Of a stretch of DNA of 64,000 nucleotides, positions 19,554-29,912 are shown in pieces. Location: contig JANXAP010000020.1 in NCBI GenBank assembly GCA_025062275.1, forward strand, positions 19,882-83,881, read 5' to 3'. This DNA comes from Dehalococcoidia bacterium. Lineage in GTDB: Bacteria; Chloroflexota; Dehalococcoidia; SM23-28-2; HRBIN24. The notes beneath the pieces are model-generated. The model did no database searches. It worked only from the letters and a program-made list of their open reading frames with translations, and was not told the DNA's origin. The position numbers and the translations under genes were made by a program. Each line of letters starts with the position of its first letter. Position 1 is the stretch's first letter.

Positions 19554-20816
19554 TTACTCCTCGAAGCGCTTGAAGACCAGACAGGCGTTCTGTCCGCCGA
19601 AGCCGAAGGAGTTCTTCAGGGCTACCCGCACGTCCGCCCGACGGGGCTGATTGGGCACGTAGTCCAGGTCGCACTCGGGGTCTGGATACTCGTAGTTGAC
19701 GGTGGGGTGGACCCAGCCGGCCTCGATGCTTTTGACGACGGCGACGCTCTCCACCGCGCCCGCCGCCCCGAAGCAGTGGCCGATCATGGACTTGGTGGAG
19801 CTGATGGGTATGCGGTAGGCACGCTCGCCGAAGACCTTCTTGATGGCCAGGGTCTCGATGGCGTCGTTCAGGGGGGTGGAAGTGCCGTGGGCATTTATGT
19901 AGTCCACCTCGTCGGGGGCCACGCCCGCATCGGCCAGGGCCAGGCGCATGCAGCGCACGGCCCCGTCGCCGTCGGCACAGGGTGCCACGATGTGGTAGGC
20001 ATCGGCGGTGGCGGCGTAGCCTGCCAGCTCGGCCAGGATGGGGGCGCCGCGGGCAAGGGCATGCTCCAGGCTCTCCAGCACGAAGATGGCTGCCCCCTCG
20101 GCGGCCACGAAGCCGTCCCGCTTGGCATCGAAGGGGCGGCTCGCCTTCTGGGGAGGCTCGTTCTGGGTGGAGAGGGCTCGCATGACAGCGAAGCCGGCCA
20201 GCCCCAGCTCGCACAGGGCGGCCTCCGCCCCGCCGGTTATGACCACGTCGGCCCTGCCGCTGCGGATCAGCTCCAGGGCATCGCCCATGGCCTGAGTGGC
20301 GGCGGCGCAGGCGGTGGTCACCGTATTGTTATAGCCCTTGAGGCCGAACTGCATGGCCACGTGGGCGGCGGCCATGTTGGGCAGCATCTTGGCCATGAAG
20401 AAGGGGTCCAGCCTCATGCCCCCTCTCTCGATGACGGTGCGCATCCCCTCGTCCACATTGGGGAAGCCACCGATGCCCACCCCCAGCAGCACGCCGATGC
20501 GCTCTCGGTCCTCCCGCTCCAGCTTCAGGCCGGCCCCCTCGATGGCCTGACGGGCGGCGGCCACGGCGAACTGGGAGAAGCGGGCCATGCGCCGCGCCTC
20601 CCTGCGGTCCATATAGTCCTCGGGGTCGAAGCCCTTCACCTCGCCGGCGATGCGGGCAGGATAGTTGGACGCGTCGAACTGGGTCAGGTAGTCGATGCCC
20701 GAACGCCCCTCCAGACACCCCTGCCAGAACTCCTCCACCGAGTTGCCCAGGGGGGTGATGGCGCCCATGCCCGTAATGACGGCCCGGCGCCGCTGCTCGC
20801 GCCTCATCCTTTTCAC
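19554..20816 (-). CDS. fabF: 3-oxoacyl-ACP synthase II
   Basis: TACAA, NAHGTST, KSMIGH, NSFGFGG. Confidence 0.95.
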   Translation of the reverse strand: MKRMRREQRRRAVITGMGAITPLGNSVEEFWQGCLEGRSGIDYLTQFDASNYPARIAGEVKGFDPEDYMDRREARRMARFSQFAVAAARQAIEGAGLKLEREDRERIGVLLGVGIGGFPNVDEGMRTVIERGGMRLDPFFMAKMLPNMAAAHVAMQFGLKGYNNTVTTACAAATQAMGDALELIRSGRADVVITGGAEAALCELGLAGFAVMRALSTQNEPPQKASRPFDAKRDGFVAAEGAAIFVLESLEHALARGAPILAELAGYAATADAYHIVAPCADGDGAVRCMRLALADAGVAPDEVDYINAHGTSTPLNDAIETLAIKKVFGERAYRIPISSTKSMIGHCFGAAGAVESVAVVKSIEAGWVHPTVNYEYPDPECDLDYVPNQPRRADVRVALKNSFGFGGQNACLVFKRFEE

Positions 20817-22147
20817 CTCGCTCTTTTGGCCAACAAGGGCCGGCGGCCTTCAGCCACGAAGGCCAGCGAGCCTGTCAGACATATTAAAGCCCTCCCGCCG
20901 CTTATGGCCAACGCCCGGCCCAGGGCATCTTCGGCGCTGCGGGCCTGGTAGACGGTGCAGCCCGCCTCAGCAAAGGCCGACGCGACCCTGTCGGCGGGCA
21001 TGGCACGCGGATGGTCGAAGGGCGCTGCGATGACGGCCGCGGCGATGGGCGCCAGCTCCCGGGCCATGCCGACGATGTCCTTGTCGGCCAGGGTGCCTAC
21101 CACCAGCACCACCCCTTGCGCCGCGAAGTGTTCCTCCAGCGCCTGCCGCAGACGCCGGGCTGAGTCGCCGTTGTGGGCCCCGTCGGCCACCACCAGGGGG
21201 TCGCGGGAGAGGACCTCCAGCCGCCCGGGCCAGGCGACCTTCGCCAGCCCGCGGGCGATAGCCTCCCCGTCCACCGGCAATCCCTGGCGGGCCAGCGAAT
21301 GGGCCACGGCCACAGCGGTGGCCGCGTTCTCCACCTGGTGCGTCCCCAGCAGGGGCAGACGGGCCTCCAGGGAGCCGCCCTCCCACTCCAGTCGGAAGCG
21401 CTGACCGTCGATGTCCCGCTCCAAGACTCGCCAGCGATAGCGAACGGCCACGTCCACCGTTTCCACGCCGGCGGCAGCTGCCGCCTGCAGGCAGACCTCC
21501 TTGGCCTCGGCGTAGCCCTGGGGAGCCAGGACCAGCGGCCCCGGCGGCCGCACGATGGCCGCCTTCTCGCGGGCGATGGCGGCGGGCGTATCGCCGAGGA
21601 TGGCCGTGTGCTCCAGACTGATGGGGGTGATGACCGAGGCCTCCTTGCGGGGGAAGACGTTGGTGCTGTCCACCCTGCCCCCCAGCCCCACCTCCACTAC
21701 CTGCACCTGGACCCGGTGCTGGCGGAAGGCCAGGAACCCGATGGCCGTCAGCAGGTCAAAGGTCACCAGCTGACGGCCCGGCAGGGAGGGCATGACCGCC
21801 TCGGCGGCGGCCAGCACATCAGCGGCGTGGCGGGAGAATTCCTCCTCGGATATGGGCTGGCCGTCGATGCGCACCCGTTCGCAGTAGGAGTCCAGATGGG
21901 GGCTGGTGTAGAGGCCGGTGCGCAGTCCAGCCTGGCGCAGGACCGACTCCACCATGGCGGCCACGCTGCCCTTGCCCTTGCTACCGGTGATGTGCACCGT
22001 GACCCGACCCAGGTGGGGGTCGCCCAGGCGAGACAGCAGGGCCAGCACCGGTGCCACATCGGGGCGGTCGGCGAAGCGCCCCGACCGCTCGAAGTCGGCG
22101 TAGGCCAGCAGCGCCTCGATGGCCTGCCGGTAATCGAGGTCGGGCAT
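20813..22147 (-). CDS. folC: Folylpolyglutamate synthase/dihydrofolate synthase
   Basis: HITGSKGKGS, YTSPHL, EVGLGGRVDSTN, WPGRLE, DGAHN; ATG 22147. Confidence 0.93.
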   Translation of the reverse strand: MPDLDYRQAIEALLAYADFERSGRFADRPDVAPVLALLSRLGDPHLGRVTVHITGSKGKGSVAAMVESVLRQAGLRTGLYTSPHLDSYCERVRIDGQPISEEEFSRHAADVLAAAEAVMPSLPGRQLVTFDLLTAIGFLAFRQHRVQVQVVEVGLGGRVDSTNVFPRKEASVITPISLEHTAILGDTPAAIAREKAAIVRPPGPLVLAPQGYAEAKEVCLQAAAAAGVETVDVAVRYRWRVLERDIDGQRFRLEWEGGSLEARLPLLGTHQVENAATAVAVAHSLARQGLPVDGEAIARGLAKVAWPGRLEVLSRDPLVVADGAHNGDSARRLRQALEEHFAAQGVVLVVGTLADKDIVGMARELAPIAAAVIAAPFDHPRAMPADRVASAFAEAGCTVYQARSAEDALGRALAISGGRALICLTGSLAFVAEGRRPLLAKRAR

Positions 22148-22923
22148 CAGCCGTGGAAGCGCGGCTCCCTCTTCTCGAAGAAGGCCCGCACCGCCTCTCG
22201 GAAGGGTTCGGCCTGCATGGCGGCGACAAACTCCTCTCCCTCGCGCCGCTGCACGTTCCGCAGGTCGGGATCCCACAGGTTGGCCCACACCAGGCGCTTG
22301 ATGGCGCTGAGGGTAGGGGCGGGGTTGAAGGCGATCTCGGCCGCCTTGGCCACCGCCGCCTCCAGCAGCCGCTCATGGGGCACGACAGCGTTGACCAGGC
22401 CCATGCGGAGGGCCTCCTCGGCCTCCACGAAGCGGCCGGTGAGCATCATCTCCAGGGCATTGGTGATGCCCACGATGTGGGCCAGCAGCTTGGTGCTGGC
22501 CAGCTCCGGAACCAGCCCCAGCCGAACGAAGCGCATCGACAGGCGTGCCTGCTCCGATGCGATGCGCACGTCGCAGGGCAGCGTTATGGTCAGGCCGGCG
22601 CCCACAGCGTAGCCATTGATGGCACAGACGATGGGCTTGGACTGCTGGACGAACTCCACCCAGTTGGCCAGAGCGCTCACGCCGAACCGCTCGCCGCCCT
22701 CGGCCACCGCCCGGAAGCCCTGAAAGTCGGCGCCGGAGCAGAAGGCCCGGCCGGTGCCCGTGAGGACGATGGCCCCCACCTCCGGGTCGGCATTGAACTC
22801 CTCCAGCGCCTGACGCATTTCGTCGGTCATGGGGCGGCCCAGGGAATTGAGTCGCTGGGGACGATTGAGGGTGACGATGCCCACCCGACCTTGCTTTTCG
22901 ACGATGACCTCCTGATAGGCCAT
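22147..22923 (-). CDS. Enoyl-CoA hydratase/isomerase family protein
   Basis: TLNRP, AFCSGAD, INGYAVGAG, CDVRIAS. Confidence 0.9.
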   Translation of the reverse strand: MAYQEVIVEKQGRVGIVTLNRPQRLNSLGRPMTDEMRQALEEFNADPEVGAIVLTGTGRAFCSGADFQGFRAVAEGGERFGVSALANWVEFVQQSKPIVCAINGYAVGAGLTITLPCDVRIASEQARLSMRFVRLGLVPELASTKLLAHIVGITNALEMMLTGRFVEAEEALRMGLVNAVVPHERLLEAAVAKAAEIAFNPAPTLSAIKRLVWANLWDPDLRNVQRREGEEFVAAMQAEPFREAVRAFFEKREPRFHG

Positions 22924-22975
22924 GGCTACCCCCTTTAGCCCTCGACTGCCTGCGGGACTTATAATACATGTCCGC

Positions 22976-23698
22976 ATGGTCGCGGGTAACGGCGCCCGCC
23001 AACGGCTGGAGGCGGCCCTGGGCGACAAGTGGCGCTGGGCCGAGGGGCACCCCCTGGCCCGACTCCAGGGCCGCAGCCTGGGGGGCCTGCGACTGGCCGT
23101 CTTCCTGGGGCCGACGGGTGCCGTGGGCTCCCGCTACTTCCAGCTCTTTGCCCTGGACCGGGAGGGTCGCCCCAGTGCTGCCCCCCTCGCCCTGGGCCTC
23201 TACAACGCCGGCCGCTTCCCCGCCTACAACTGGGTGGATCTGGTGCGCTACCTGCCCCGTGTGCGCTTCGACGGGCGGGAAGAGTCCCTGGCCGAGGGGG
23301 GCCGAGAGGCCCGGCTTTTCCGCCTGCTGGGATCCCTGGTGCCACCCGGCGGCAGCCTGATGGTCGAATACGACTCGCCGGAGCATGCCCTCACAGCTCG
23401 GGTGCTATCCCAGGGCTATCCTCCCCCGTGCTCCCCCCTGGGATACTCCCTGCTGACAGCCGGCTGCCTGTCGTTCCGCGACTGGTACATCGCCGAAGGG
23501 GGCAGGGAGGGGCCACGCAAGCTGCAGGGCTTCAAGCCGCTGGACAGCGAGACGGCCAGGGAGCGGGCCGCCTCGCTGGCCGGCGCCATCCGCCAGGCCC
23601 TGGACCGCGCTGCCCGGGGCGGAAACGACGAGGCCGTCAGGACGGCCTACCGTCTGGGCAAGCGCGCCCTGGCCCTGCTGGGCCGCCTCTTTCCTTGA
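22976..23698 (+). CDS. DUF1122 family protein
   Basis: 'MVEYD...T...L..GYPP..SPLG..L..AG...FRDWYIAEGGREGPRKLQG' signature. Confidence 0.7.
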   Translation: MVAGNGARQRLEAALGDKWRWAEGHPLARLQGRSLGGLRLAVFLGPTGAVGSRYFQLFALDREGRPSAAPLALGLYNAGRFPAYNWVDLVRYLPRVRFDGREESLAEGGREARLFRLLGSLVPPGGSLMVEYDSPEHALTARVLSQGYPPPCSPLGYSLLTAGCLSFRDWYIAEGGREGPRKLQGFKPLDSETARERAASLAGAIRQALDRAARGGNDEAVRTAYRLGKRALALLGRLFP

Positions 23699-23784
23699 CG
23701 CCCGCAAGGCACGGGGCCTAACATGGGGGGCGGTGTGGGCGGAGCCTGCGGGGCAGGCAAGAAAACCAGGGAGGTGCGGCGAAA

Positions 23785-24879
23785 ATGGTCACCATCAGCG
23801 TCATCAAGGCCGACGTTGGCGGTTTCGTGGGCCATTCGGCCTCCCACCCCGACGTCCTCGACACGGGGCGGGAGGAGCTGGAGCGGGCCAAGCAGCGCGG
23901 ACTCCTCATCGACTACCACGTCAGCTACTGCGGCGATGACATGTTCCTGATCATGACCCACGACCGCGGCGAGGACAACGAAGAGGTTCACCGCCTGGCC
24001 TGGGACACCTTTCTCAAGGCCACAGACGTGGCCAAGAAGCTGAAGCTGTACGGCGCCGGCCAGGACCTCCTGGCCGACGCCTTTTCCGGCAACATCCGCG
24101 GGGCGGGGCCTGGCTCGGCCGAAATGACCATAGAGGAGCGCCCCTCGGAGCCTATCCTGGTGTTCATGGGCGACAAAACCTCGGCCGGCGCCTTCAACCT
24201 GCCCCTCTACAAGATGTTCGCAGACCCCTTCAACACCCCCGGCCTGGTCATCAGCGACCCACTGCACCACGGCTTCACCTTCGAGGTTCACGACGTCAAG
24301 GAACACAAGAAGATCATGCTCAACGCCCCGGAGGAGATCTACGACATGCTCATCTTCCTGGGGGCGCCCTCCCGCTACGCCGTGAAGCGGGTGTTCAACC
24401 GCTCCACCGGCAACATCGCCGCCGTGTCCAGCACCGACAAGCTCTCCCTCATCGCCGGTCGCTACGTGGGCAAGGACGACCCCACCATGATCGTGCGTGC
24501 CCAGGGCGAGTTCCCGGCGGTGGGCGAGGTGCTGGAGCCCTTCACCAACCCCTTCATCGTGGAGGGGTGGATGCGCGGATCCCACCAGGGCCCCCTGATG
24601 CCCGTGTCCCTCAGGGACGCCCATCCCAGCCGCTTCGACGGCCCGTCGCGGCTGGTGTGCCTGGGCTTCCAGCTGGCCAACGGCAAGCTGGTGGGGCCGC
24701 GGGACATGTTCGACGACCCCGGCTTCGACGAGGCCCGGCGCAAGGCCAACGAGGTGGCCAACTACCTCCGCTCCCTGGGGCCCTTCGAGCCTCACCGCCT
24801 GCCCCTGGAGGAGATGGAGTACACCACTATGCCCATGGTGGCCGCCAAGCTAGCCGAGCGCTGGCAGCCCCTGGAGTAG
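23785..24879 (+). CDS. fbp: Bifunctional fructose-1,6-bisphosphate aldolase/phosphatase (class V FBPase)
   Basis: KADVGG, GDD, LYGAGQDLL, DKTSAGAFN, YVGKDDP, GWMRGSH, EMEYTT. Confidence 0.95.
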   Translation: MVTISVIKADVGGFVGHSASHPDVLDTGREELERAKQRGLLIDYHVSYCGDDMFLIMTHDRGEDNEEVHRLAWDTFLKATDVAKKLKLYGAGQDLLADAFSGNIRGAGPGSAEMTIEERPSEPILVFMGDKTSAGAFNLPLYKMFADPFNTPGLVISDPLHHGFTFEVHDVKEHKKIMLNAPEEIYDMLIFLGAPSRYAVKRVFNRSTGNIAAVSSTDKLSLIAGRYVGKDDPTMIVRAQGEFPAVGEVLEPFTNPFIVEGWMRGSHQGPLMPVSLRDAHPSRFDGPSRLVCLGFQLANGKLVGPRDMFDDPGFDEARRKANEVANYLRSLGPFEPHRLPLEEMEYTTMPMVAAKLAERWQPLE

Positions 24880-24887
24880 GTGGGAGA

Positions 24888-25508
24888 ATCGCCAGTCTCC
24901 TGCTGGCCACCAGCAATCAGGGCAAGCTGCGTGAGCTGCGGCAGCTGTTGGACGGCTGTGGCTGGCGAGTGCTCTCGCCGGCCGATGTGGGCATGGGGCC
25001 GGCCGACTTCCCCTCCGAGGGCGAGGACTCTTACCTCGACAATGCTATACTGAAGGCACAGACGGGGGCGCGCTTCAGCGGCCTCGTCTGCCTGGGGGAG
25101 GACTCGGGGCTGGAGGTGGACGCACTGGACGGGGCCCCCGGGCCGGCTTCGGCTGTTTTTCTGGGGCCACAGGCCACCTATGAGGAGCGCTTCCGCTATA
25201 TCCTGGGCAGGCTGGAGGGGCTTCCCGATTCCCGGCGCACGGCTCGGTTCCGCTGCCTTATGGCCGTGGCCGACCCGGTGAGCGGCAGGACGTGGACGGT
25301 GGAGGGCGTTTGCGAGGGCCTCATCGCCAGGGGGCCCAGGGGAACGGGAGGCTTCGGCTACGACCCCATCTTCTACCTCCCCACCCTCATGTCCACCATG
25401 GCCGAACTGCCGGAGCACCAGAAGAACATCGTCAGCCACCGGGCCAGGGCGGCCTGGCAGGTGCGCCAGGTGCTGAAGGAGCTGTTGCATGAGCACGCCC
25501 GAAGGTGA
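24888..25508 (+). CDS. rdgB: RdgB/HAM1 non-canonical purine NTP pyrophosphatase (probable ATC start)
   Basis: LATSNQGKLRE, EDSGLEVDALDGAPG, GFGYDPIF, KNIVSHR; no in-frame ATG/GTG/TTG near the conserved N-terminus. Confidence 0.9.
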   Translation: MASLLLATSNQGKLRELRQLLDGCGWRVLSPADVGMGPADFPSEGEDSYLDNAILKAQTGARFSGLVCLGEDSGLEVDALDGAPGPASAVFLGPQATYEERFRYILGRLEGLPDSRRTARFRCLMAVADPVSGRTWTVEGVCEGLIARGPRGTGGFGYDPIFYLPTLMSTMAELPEHQKNIVSHRARAAWQVRQVLKELLHEHARR

Positions 25509-26577
25509 GCTGATCCCCCTCACCAGCGTCAGCGCCCGCCCGGCCGAGCTGCCGACTGCAGGCGGCCCCGGCCTCGTGGACCCGGTGGGCCGCAACATCT
25601 ACTACCTGCGCATATCCGTCACCGACCGCTGCAACCTGCGCTGCGTCTACTGCATGCCCGAGGAGGGGGTGCCCTGGCTGCCCAAGGAAGAGGTCCTGAC
25701 GCTGGAGGAGATCGCCCGCGTGGTGCGAGTGGCGGCGGAGATGGGCCTGCGCCGCGTCCGCCTAACTGGCGGCGAGCCGACGGTGCGCCGCGGCCTGGTG
25801 GACCTGGTGCGGTGGATCGCCTCCACCCCCGGCATCGAGGACGTGGCCATGACCACCAACGGCATCGCCCTGGCCTCCATGGCCGAAGACCTGGCCCGGG
25901 CCGGCCTGCGGCGAGTCAACGTCTCCCTGGACACCCTGCGCCCCGAGCGGTTCCGCGCCATCACCCGCTGGGGAGATATCGACGACGTGTTCGCCGGCAT
26001 CGAGGCCGCCCGTCGCGTCGGCCTGCGGCCCATCAAGCTCAACGTGGTGGTGATGAGGGGCATCAACGACGACGAGGTGGTGGACTTCGCCCGCACCACC
26101 CTGGAAGAGGACTGGGAGGTGCGCTTCATCGAACTGATGCCCTTCATGGACGAGGAGACCTCCTGCGCCAAAGGGGAGGGGGGCCTGGACCTCCAGTTCG
26201 TGCCCACGCGAGAGGTGCGGAGACGTATCGAGGCTGCCCTGGGCCCGCTGGAGCCGGCCGAGAGCGAGAGCGGCTCCGGCCCCGCCCGCTACTACCGTCT
26301 GCCAGGGGCGCGGGGGCTGATAGGCTTCATCAGTCCCCTCAGCGAGACCCACTTCTGTGCCAGTTGCAACCGCATGCGCCTGACGGCCGACGGCAAGATC
26401 CGCCCCTGCCTGCTCACCGACCACGAGGTGGACCTGAAGGGCGTGCTGCGCTCGGGCGCCGACGACGAGGCGCTGAAGGGGGCCATCCTGCTGGCGTTGC
26501 GCACGAAGCCCGACGCCCACCACCTGTGGGACGGCAACCGTCCCCGCTGGCGCAAGATGGTCCAGATCGGGGGCTAG
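25489..26577 (+). CDS. moaA: GTP 3',8-cyclase (radical SAM)
   Basis: [32 protein letters not shown]-terminal IGG. Confidence 0.96.
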   Translation: MSTPEGELIPLTSVSARPAELPTAGGPGLVDPVGRNIYYLRISVTDRCNLRCVYCMPEEGVPWLPKEEVLTLEEIARVVRVAAEMGLRRVRLTGGEPTVRRGLVDLVRWIASTPGIEDVAMTTNGIALASMAEDLARAGLRRVNVSLDTLRPERFRAITRWGDIDDVFAGIEAARRVGLRPIKLNVVVMRGINDDEVVDFARTTLEEDWEVRFIELMPFMDEETSCAKGEGGLDLQFVPTREVRRRIEAALGPLEPAESESGSGPARYYRLPGARGLIGFISPLSETHFCASCNRMRLTADGKIRPCLLTDHEVDLKGVLRSGADDEALKGAILLALRTKPDAHHLWDGNRPRWRKMVQIGG

Positions 26578-26578
26578 C

Positions 26579-27067
26579 ATGGCCGATCAGGGCCGCCTCA
26601 CGCACCTGGACGAGGCGGGCCGCCCCCGCATGGTGGACATCACTGCCAAGGCCGAGACCCAGCGGGAGGCGGTGGCCAGGGGCCGGGTCCACCTGCAGCC
26701 CGAGACGCTGCGCCTCATCGCCTCGGGGCAGGTGGCCAAGGGCGACGTCCTCACCACAGCACGGCTCGCAGGCATCATGGCCGCCAAGCGCACCCACGAG
26801 CTCATCCCCCTCTGCCACCCCCTCCTGGTCACCGATGTGGAGGTGGACATCCGCCCGGACGAGGCAGCCAGCACCCTCGAGATCCAGGCGCAGGTGCGCA
26901 CCGCCGGCCGCACGGGCGTGGAGATGGAGGCGCTGGTGGCTGTGGCCGTGGCCGCCCTCACCGTCTACGACATGGTGAAGGCGGTGGACCGCGGCGCCCG
27001 CATATCGGACATTCGACTGGTCCGGAAGAGGGGAGGCAAGAGCGGCGAGCTGGTCCTGGAGGACTAG
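26579..27067 (+). CDS. moaC: Cyclic pyranopterin monophosphate synthase
   Basis: [37 protein letters not shown]. Confidence 0.96.
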   Translation: MADQGRLTHLDEAGRPRMVDITAKAETQREAVARGRVHLQPETLRLIASGQVAKGDVLTTARLAGIMAAKRTHELIPLCHPLLVTDVEVDIRPDEAASTLEIQAQVRTAGRTGVEMEALVAVAVAALTVYDMVKAVDRGARISDIRLVRKRGGKSGELVLED

Positions 27068-27465
27068 CCCCGCCCCTCCTGGCGCTCCAGCAACAGCTCC
27101 ACCACCCTGGTCAGGGCACGGTAGGCCAGTAGCACGTACTCCCGCGGGTGCAGGTCCAGGGGCTTCAGCTCTTCCTTGCGGGTGGCCACCGGGTCGGCCG
27201 CCTCCTCGGGGAAGAGGGGCACCTCCTCGCCGATGACCAGCTCGTACAGCTCGCCGTCGGGCGCCAGGACGACGCAGCCACGGCCTCGGTCGCTGGCCAG
27301 CGGCTCGTCTATCTCTATGCCGTAGGTGAAGAAGGCCCCGGGGAAGGGGGGAAAGGGGTCGAGGCGGGCCACCGCCTCTTGCAGGAGCTGGCGGAGGCGG
27401 CGGGCCGTCCGCTCCAGCACCTCGTCAGCCTCGGCCTTCAGCTCCAGGGGGTCCAGGTCCCTCAT
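27064..27465 (-). CDS. Hypothetical protein
   Basis: 133-aa ORF with host-like codon usage, convergent with moaC. Confidence 0.65.
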   Translation of the reverse strand: MRDLDPLELKAEADEVLERTARRLRQLLQEAVARLDPFPPFPGAFFTYGIEIDEPLASDRGRGCVVLAPDGELYELVIGEEVPLFPEEAADPVATRKEELKPLDLHPREYVLLAYRALTRVVELLLERQEGRG

Positions 27466-27494
27466 GGTAGCCTCAATTTAGAAAGAAGCATTTA

Positions 27495-27519
27495 AGACAA
27501 TTGTCTAAAGTGATATAAT
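27495..27519 (+). promoter_or_regulatory. Palindromic operator plus extended -10 promoter
   Basis: Perfect palindrome AGACAATTGTCT (27495-27506); TGaTATAAT (27511-27519) 9 bp before ATG 27529. Confidence 0.65.
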
Positions 27520-27528
27520 TTCCCTGGC

Positions 27529-28176
27529 ATGGGCAGCAACCTTTCTCTCCAGTCCACCCGCCAGGGCATCATCAACTACCTGCAGCGGGCCGGCCGAGCG
27601 ACGGTCAAGGAGCTGGGCCAGGCCCTGGGCCTCACCTCCACGGGCATCCGACAGCACCTGACGGTGCTGGAGAGGGACGGCCTGGTGACAGCCCGTGAGG
27701 AGCGGGGCCGGGTAGGCCGTCCCACCCTAGTATACTCCCTTACGGAGGCGGCCGAGGCCCTCTTCCCCAAGCGCTACGACGACCTGGCCCTGGCCCTGCT
27801 GGAGGAGGTGCGGGCTACCGAGGGCAACGAGCGCCTGCACCAGTTGCTGCGGCGCGTGGCGGCCCGAATGGCCGCCCAGTACCGCTCGCGCGTGGAGGGA
27901 CGACCGGTCCAGGAGAGGGTGGAGGAGACGGTCCGCATCATGCAGGAGCAGGGCTGCCTGGTGGAATGGCGGCAGGAGGGCGACCAGTTCTTCATCGACG
28001 AGTACACCTGCCCCTTCACCAGGGTTGCCCAGCATGACCCCGCCGTCTGCGCCCTGCATGTGGAGCTGGTGCGACTGCTGGTGGGCGCGGACACTCGCCT
28101 GGCTCAGAGCCTCCTGCGCGGCCAGAGGGCATGCACCTACCGGGTGCGGCCGCCTCTCGGGGCCGGCCTCGGTTAA
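27529..28176 (+). CDS. Winged HTH transcriptional regulator, SufR-like (Cys-containing C-terminal domain)
   Basis: IRQHLTVLERDGLV, GRP..VYSLT, C-x12-C...C. Confidence 0.8.
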   Translation: MGSNLSLQSTRQGIINYLQRAGRATVKELGQALGLTSTGIRQHLTVLERDGLVTAREERGRVGRPTLVYSLTEAAEALFPKRYDDLALALLEEVRATEGNERLHQLLRRVAARMAAQYRSRVEGRPVQERVEETVRIMQEQGCLVEWRQEGDQFFIDEYTCPFTRVAQHDPAVCALHVELVRLLVGADTRLAQSLLRGQRACTYRVRPPLGAGLG

Positions 28177-28241
28177 CGCTCTCGCCTTTTCGCCCCAGCA
28201 GGCGTATCCTCGGTAACGCACTATCGCCGACAGGCGCAGGT

Positions 28242-28901
28242 ATGGTCATCTGGGTGGCCCAGTTCAACATTGTGGCCGGCCAGACCTTCGAGGATGGCCC
28301 CTTCACCGGCGCCTTCCCCCAGCGGGGCGGCGGCGACGACCCCTGCGACCTCTACCTGCTAGTGGAGCCGGCCCTGCCCGGCAGCGAGGAGTTCTGCAAC
28401 GACATCGCCAACCTGGTGGGGGAGTCCTTCCACCGCTATCGCCTCTCGGTCACGGGGGGACTGCTGCGGGCGCTGCAGTCGGCCCACGCCGACCTGAAGG
28501 GCTGGAACAGCCGCAGCCTCCGCGACCAATGGGTGGCCGTGGGCGTCTCGGCCCTGGCGGTGCGGGGGAACGAGGGATACCTGGCCCAGGTAGGGCCTGC
28601 CCTGGCTTACGCCCGTCGTCAGGGCCACCTTCGCCCCCTGCAGCCTCATCTGCCCGATGCCCAGGGCCCCTTGGGCCTGGGCGACTCCGTCTACCCCCAG
28701 TTCTCGCGCCTCGAGCTTTCCCCCGGCGATGCGGTGCTGCTGACGGCCACCCCCCTTCGGACAGCCCTGCAAGAGCAGGCCCTGGCAGGACTGCTGGCGG
28801 GGCCGGTGGAGGAGTGCTTGCCCGCCATCTTTCAGGCTGTCCGCTCCCTGCCCTGGTTCGGCGCCGTGCTGGTGGCCGCCCTGGAAGACCGTCGTCCCTG
28901 A
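28242..28901 (+). CDS. Hypothetical protein, degenerate PP2C-like fold
   Basis: 'LAQVGPALAY..R.G.L', 'LGLG', 'LSPGDAVLL' resemble PP2C but lack clear DG motifs. Confidence 0.55.
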   Translation: MVIWVAQFNIVAGQTFEDGPFTGAFPQRGGGDDPCDLYLLVEPALPGSEEFCNDIANLVGESFHRYRLSVTGGLLRALQSAHADLKGWNSRSLRDQWVAVGVSALAVRGNEGYLAQVGPALAYARRQGHLRPLQPHLPDAQGPLGLGDSVYPQFSRLELSPGDAVLLTATPLRTALQEQALAGLLAGPVEECLPAIFQAVRSLPWFGAVLVAALEDRRP

Positions 28902-28908
28902 GGGCGTC

Positions 28909-29901
28909 ATGAGGGTGCTGGGCATCGAGACCTCTTGCGACGAGACGGCAGTGGGGATGGTGGAGGACGGGCGTCGCCTGCTGGCGAACGTGGTGGCCTC
29001 CCAGGCCTCCTTTCACGCCCCCTATGGAGGGGTGGTACCGGAGGTGGCCTCCCGTCACCACCTGGAGCTGCTGCTGCCCGTACTGGAGGAGGCGCTCCAG
29101 CAGGCAGGATGCCGCCCCGCCGACGTGGATGCCTTGGCCGTCACCATCGGCCCGGGCCTGGCCGGCTCCCTGCTGGTGGGCGTGAACCTCGCCAAGGCCC
29201 TGGCCTACGCCTGGGGCCGGCCCCTGGTGGCCGTCAACCACCTGGAGGCCCACATTTACGCCAACTGGCTGCAGCCTGGCGAGCCTCCCCGCCTCCCCGC
29301 CCTCTGCCTGGTGGTCTCGGGCGGCCACACGGAGCTGGTGCTCATGGAGGATCACGGGCGCTACGTCCGCCTGGGGGGGACGCTGGACGATGCTGCCGGC
29401 GAGGCGTTCGACAAAGTAGCCCGCTTGCTGGGCCTGGGATTTCCCGGCGGCCCGGCCATCGAGCGGGCGGCGGCCGCCAGCGGGCGCAGTCGCCTGCGCC
29501 TGCCCCGCGCCCGCACGCGGGGAGCCTACGACTTCAGCTTCAGCGGCCTCAAGACCCACGTCCTGCGTCTGCTCCAGGGCGAGCACGGCGAGGTGCCTCC
29601 CCCACCGGAGGTGGCCGCCGCCTTCCAGGAGGCGGTGGTGGACGCCCTGGTGGAGAAGGTGGTGCGGGCGGCCCAGGAGCACGAGGCCGCCGAGGTGATG
29701 CTGGTCGGTGGAGTTGCCGCCAACCGCCTGTTGCGGGAGGAGCTTTCCCGTCGCTGTACCCTGCCGGTGCGGGTGCCTCCCCCCTCCCTCTGCACTGACA
29801 ACGGGGCGATGGTGGCTGCCTGCGGCTATTACCGCCTGACCCTCTTCGGCGAGGAAGCGCCCCTGGACGTGGACGTGCGGCCCGGCCTGCGCCTGGCCTG
29901 A
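28909..29901 (+). CDS. tsaD: tRNA N6-adenosine threonylcarbamoyltransferase
   Basis: GIETSCDET, GGVVPEVASR, NHLEAH, SGGHT, GEAFDK, TDNGAM. Confidence 0.96.
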   Translation: MRVLGIETSCDETAVGMVEDGRRLLANVVASQASFHAPYGGVVPEVASRHHLELLLPVLEEALQQAGCRPADVDALAVTIGPGLAGSLLVGVNLAKALAYAWGRPLVAVNHLEAHIYANWLQPGEPPRLPALCLVVSGGHTELVLMEDHGRYVRLGGTLDDAAGEAFDKVARLLGLGFPGGPAIERAAAASGRSRLRLPRARTRGAYDFSFSGLKTHVLRLLQGEHGEVPPPPEVAAAFQEAVVDALVEKVVRAAQEHEAAEVMLVGGVAANRLLREELSRRCTLPVRVPPPSLCTDNGAMVAACGYYRLTLFGEEAPLDVDVRPGLRLA

Positions 29902-29912
29902 GCCTGGCCTTC

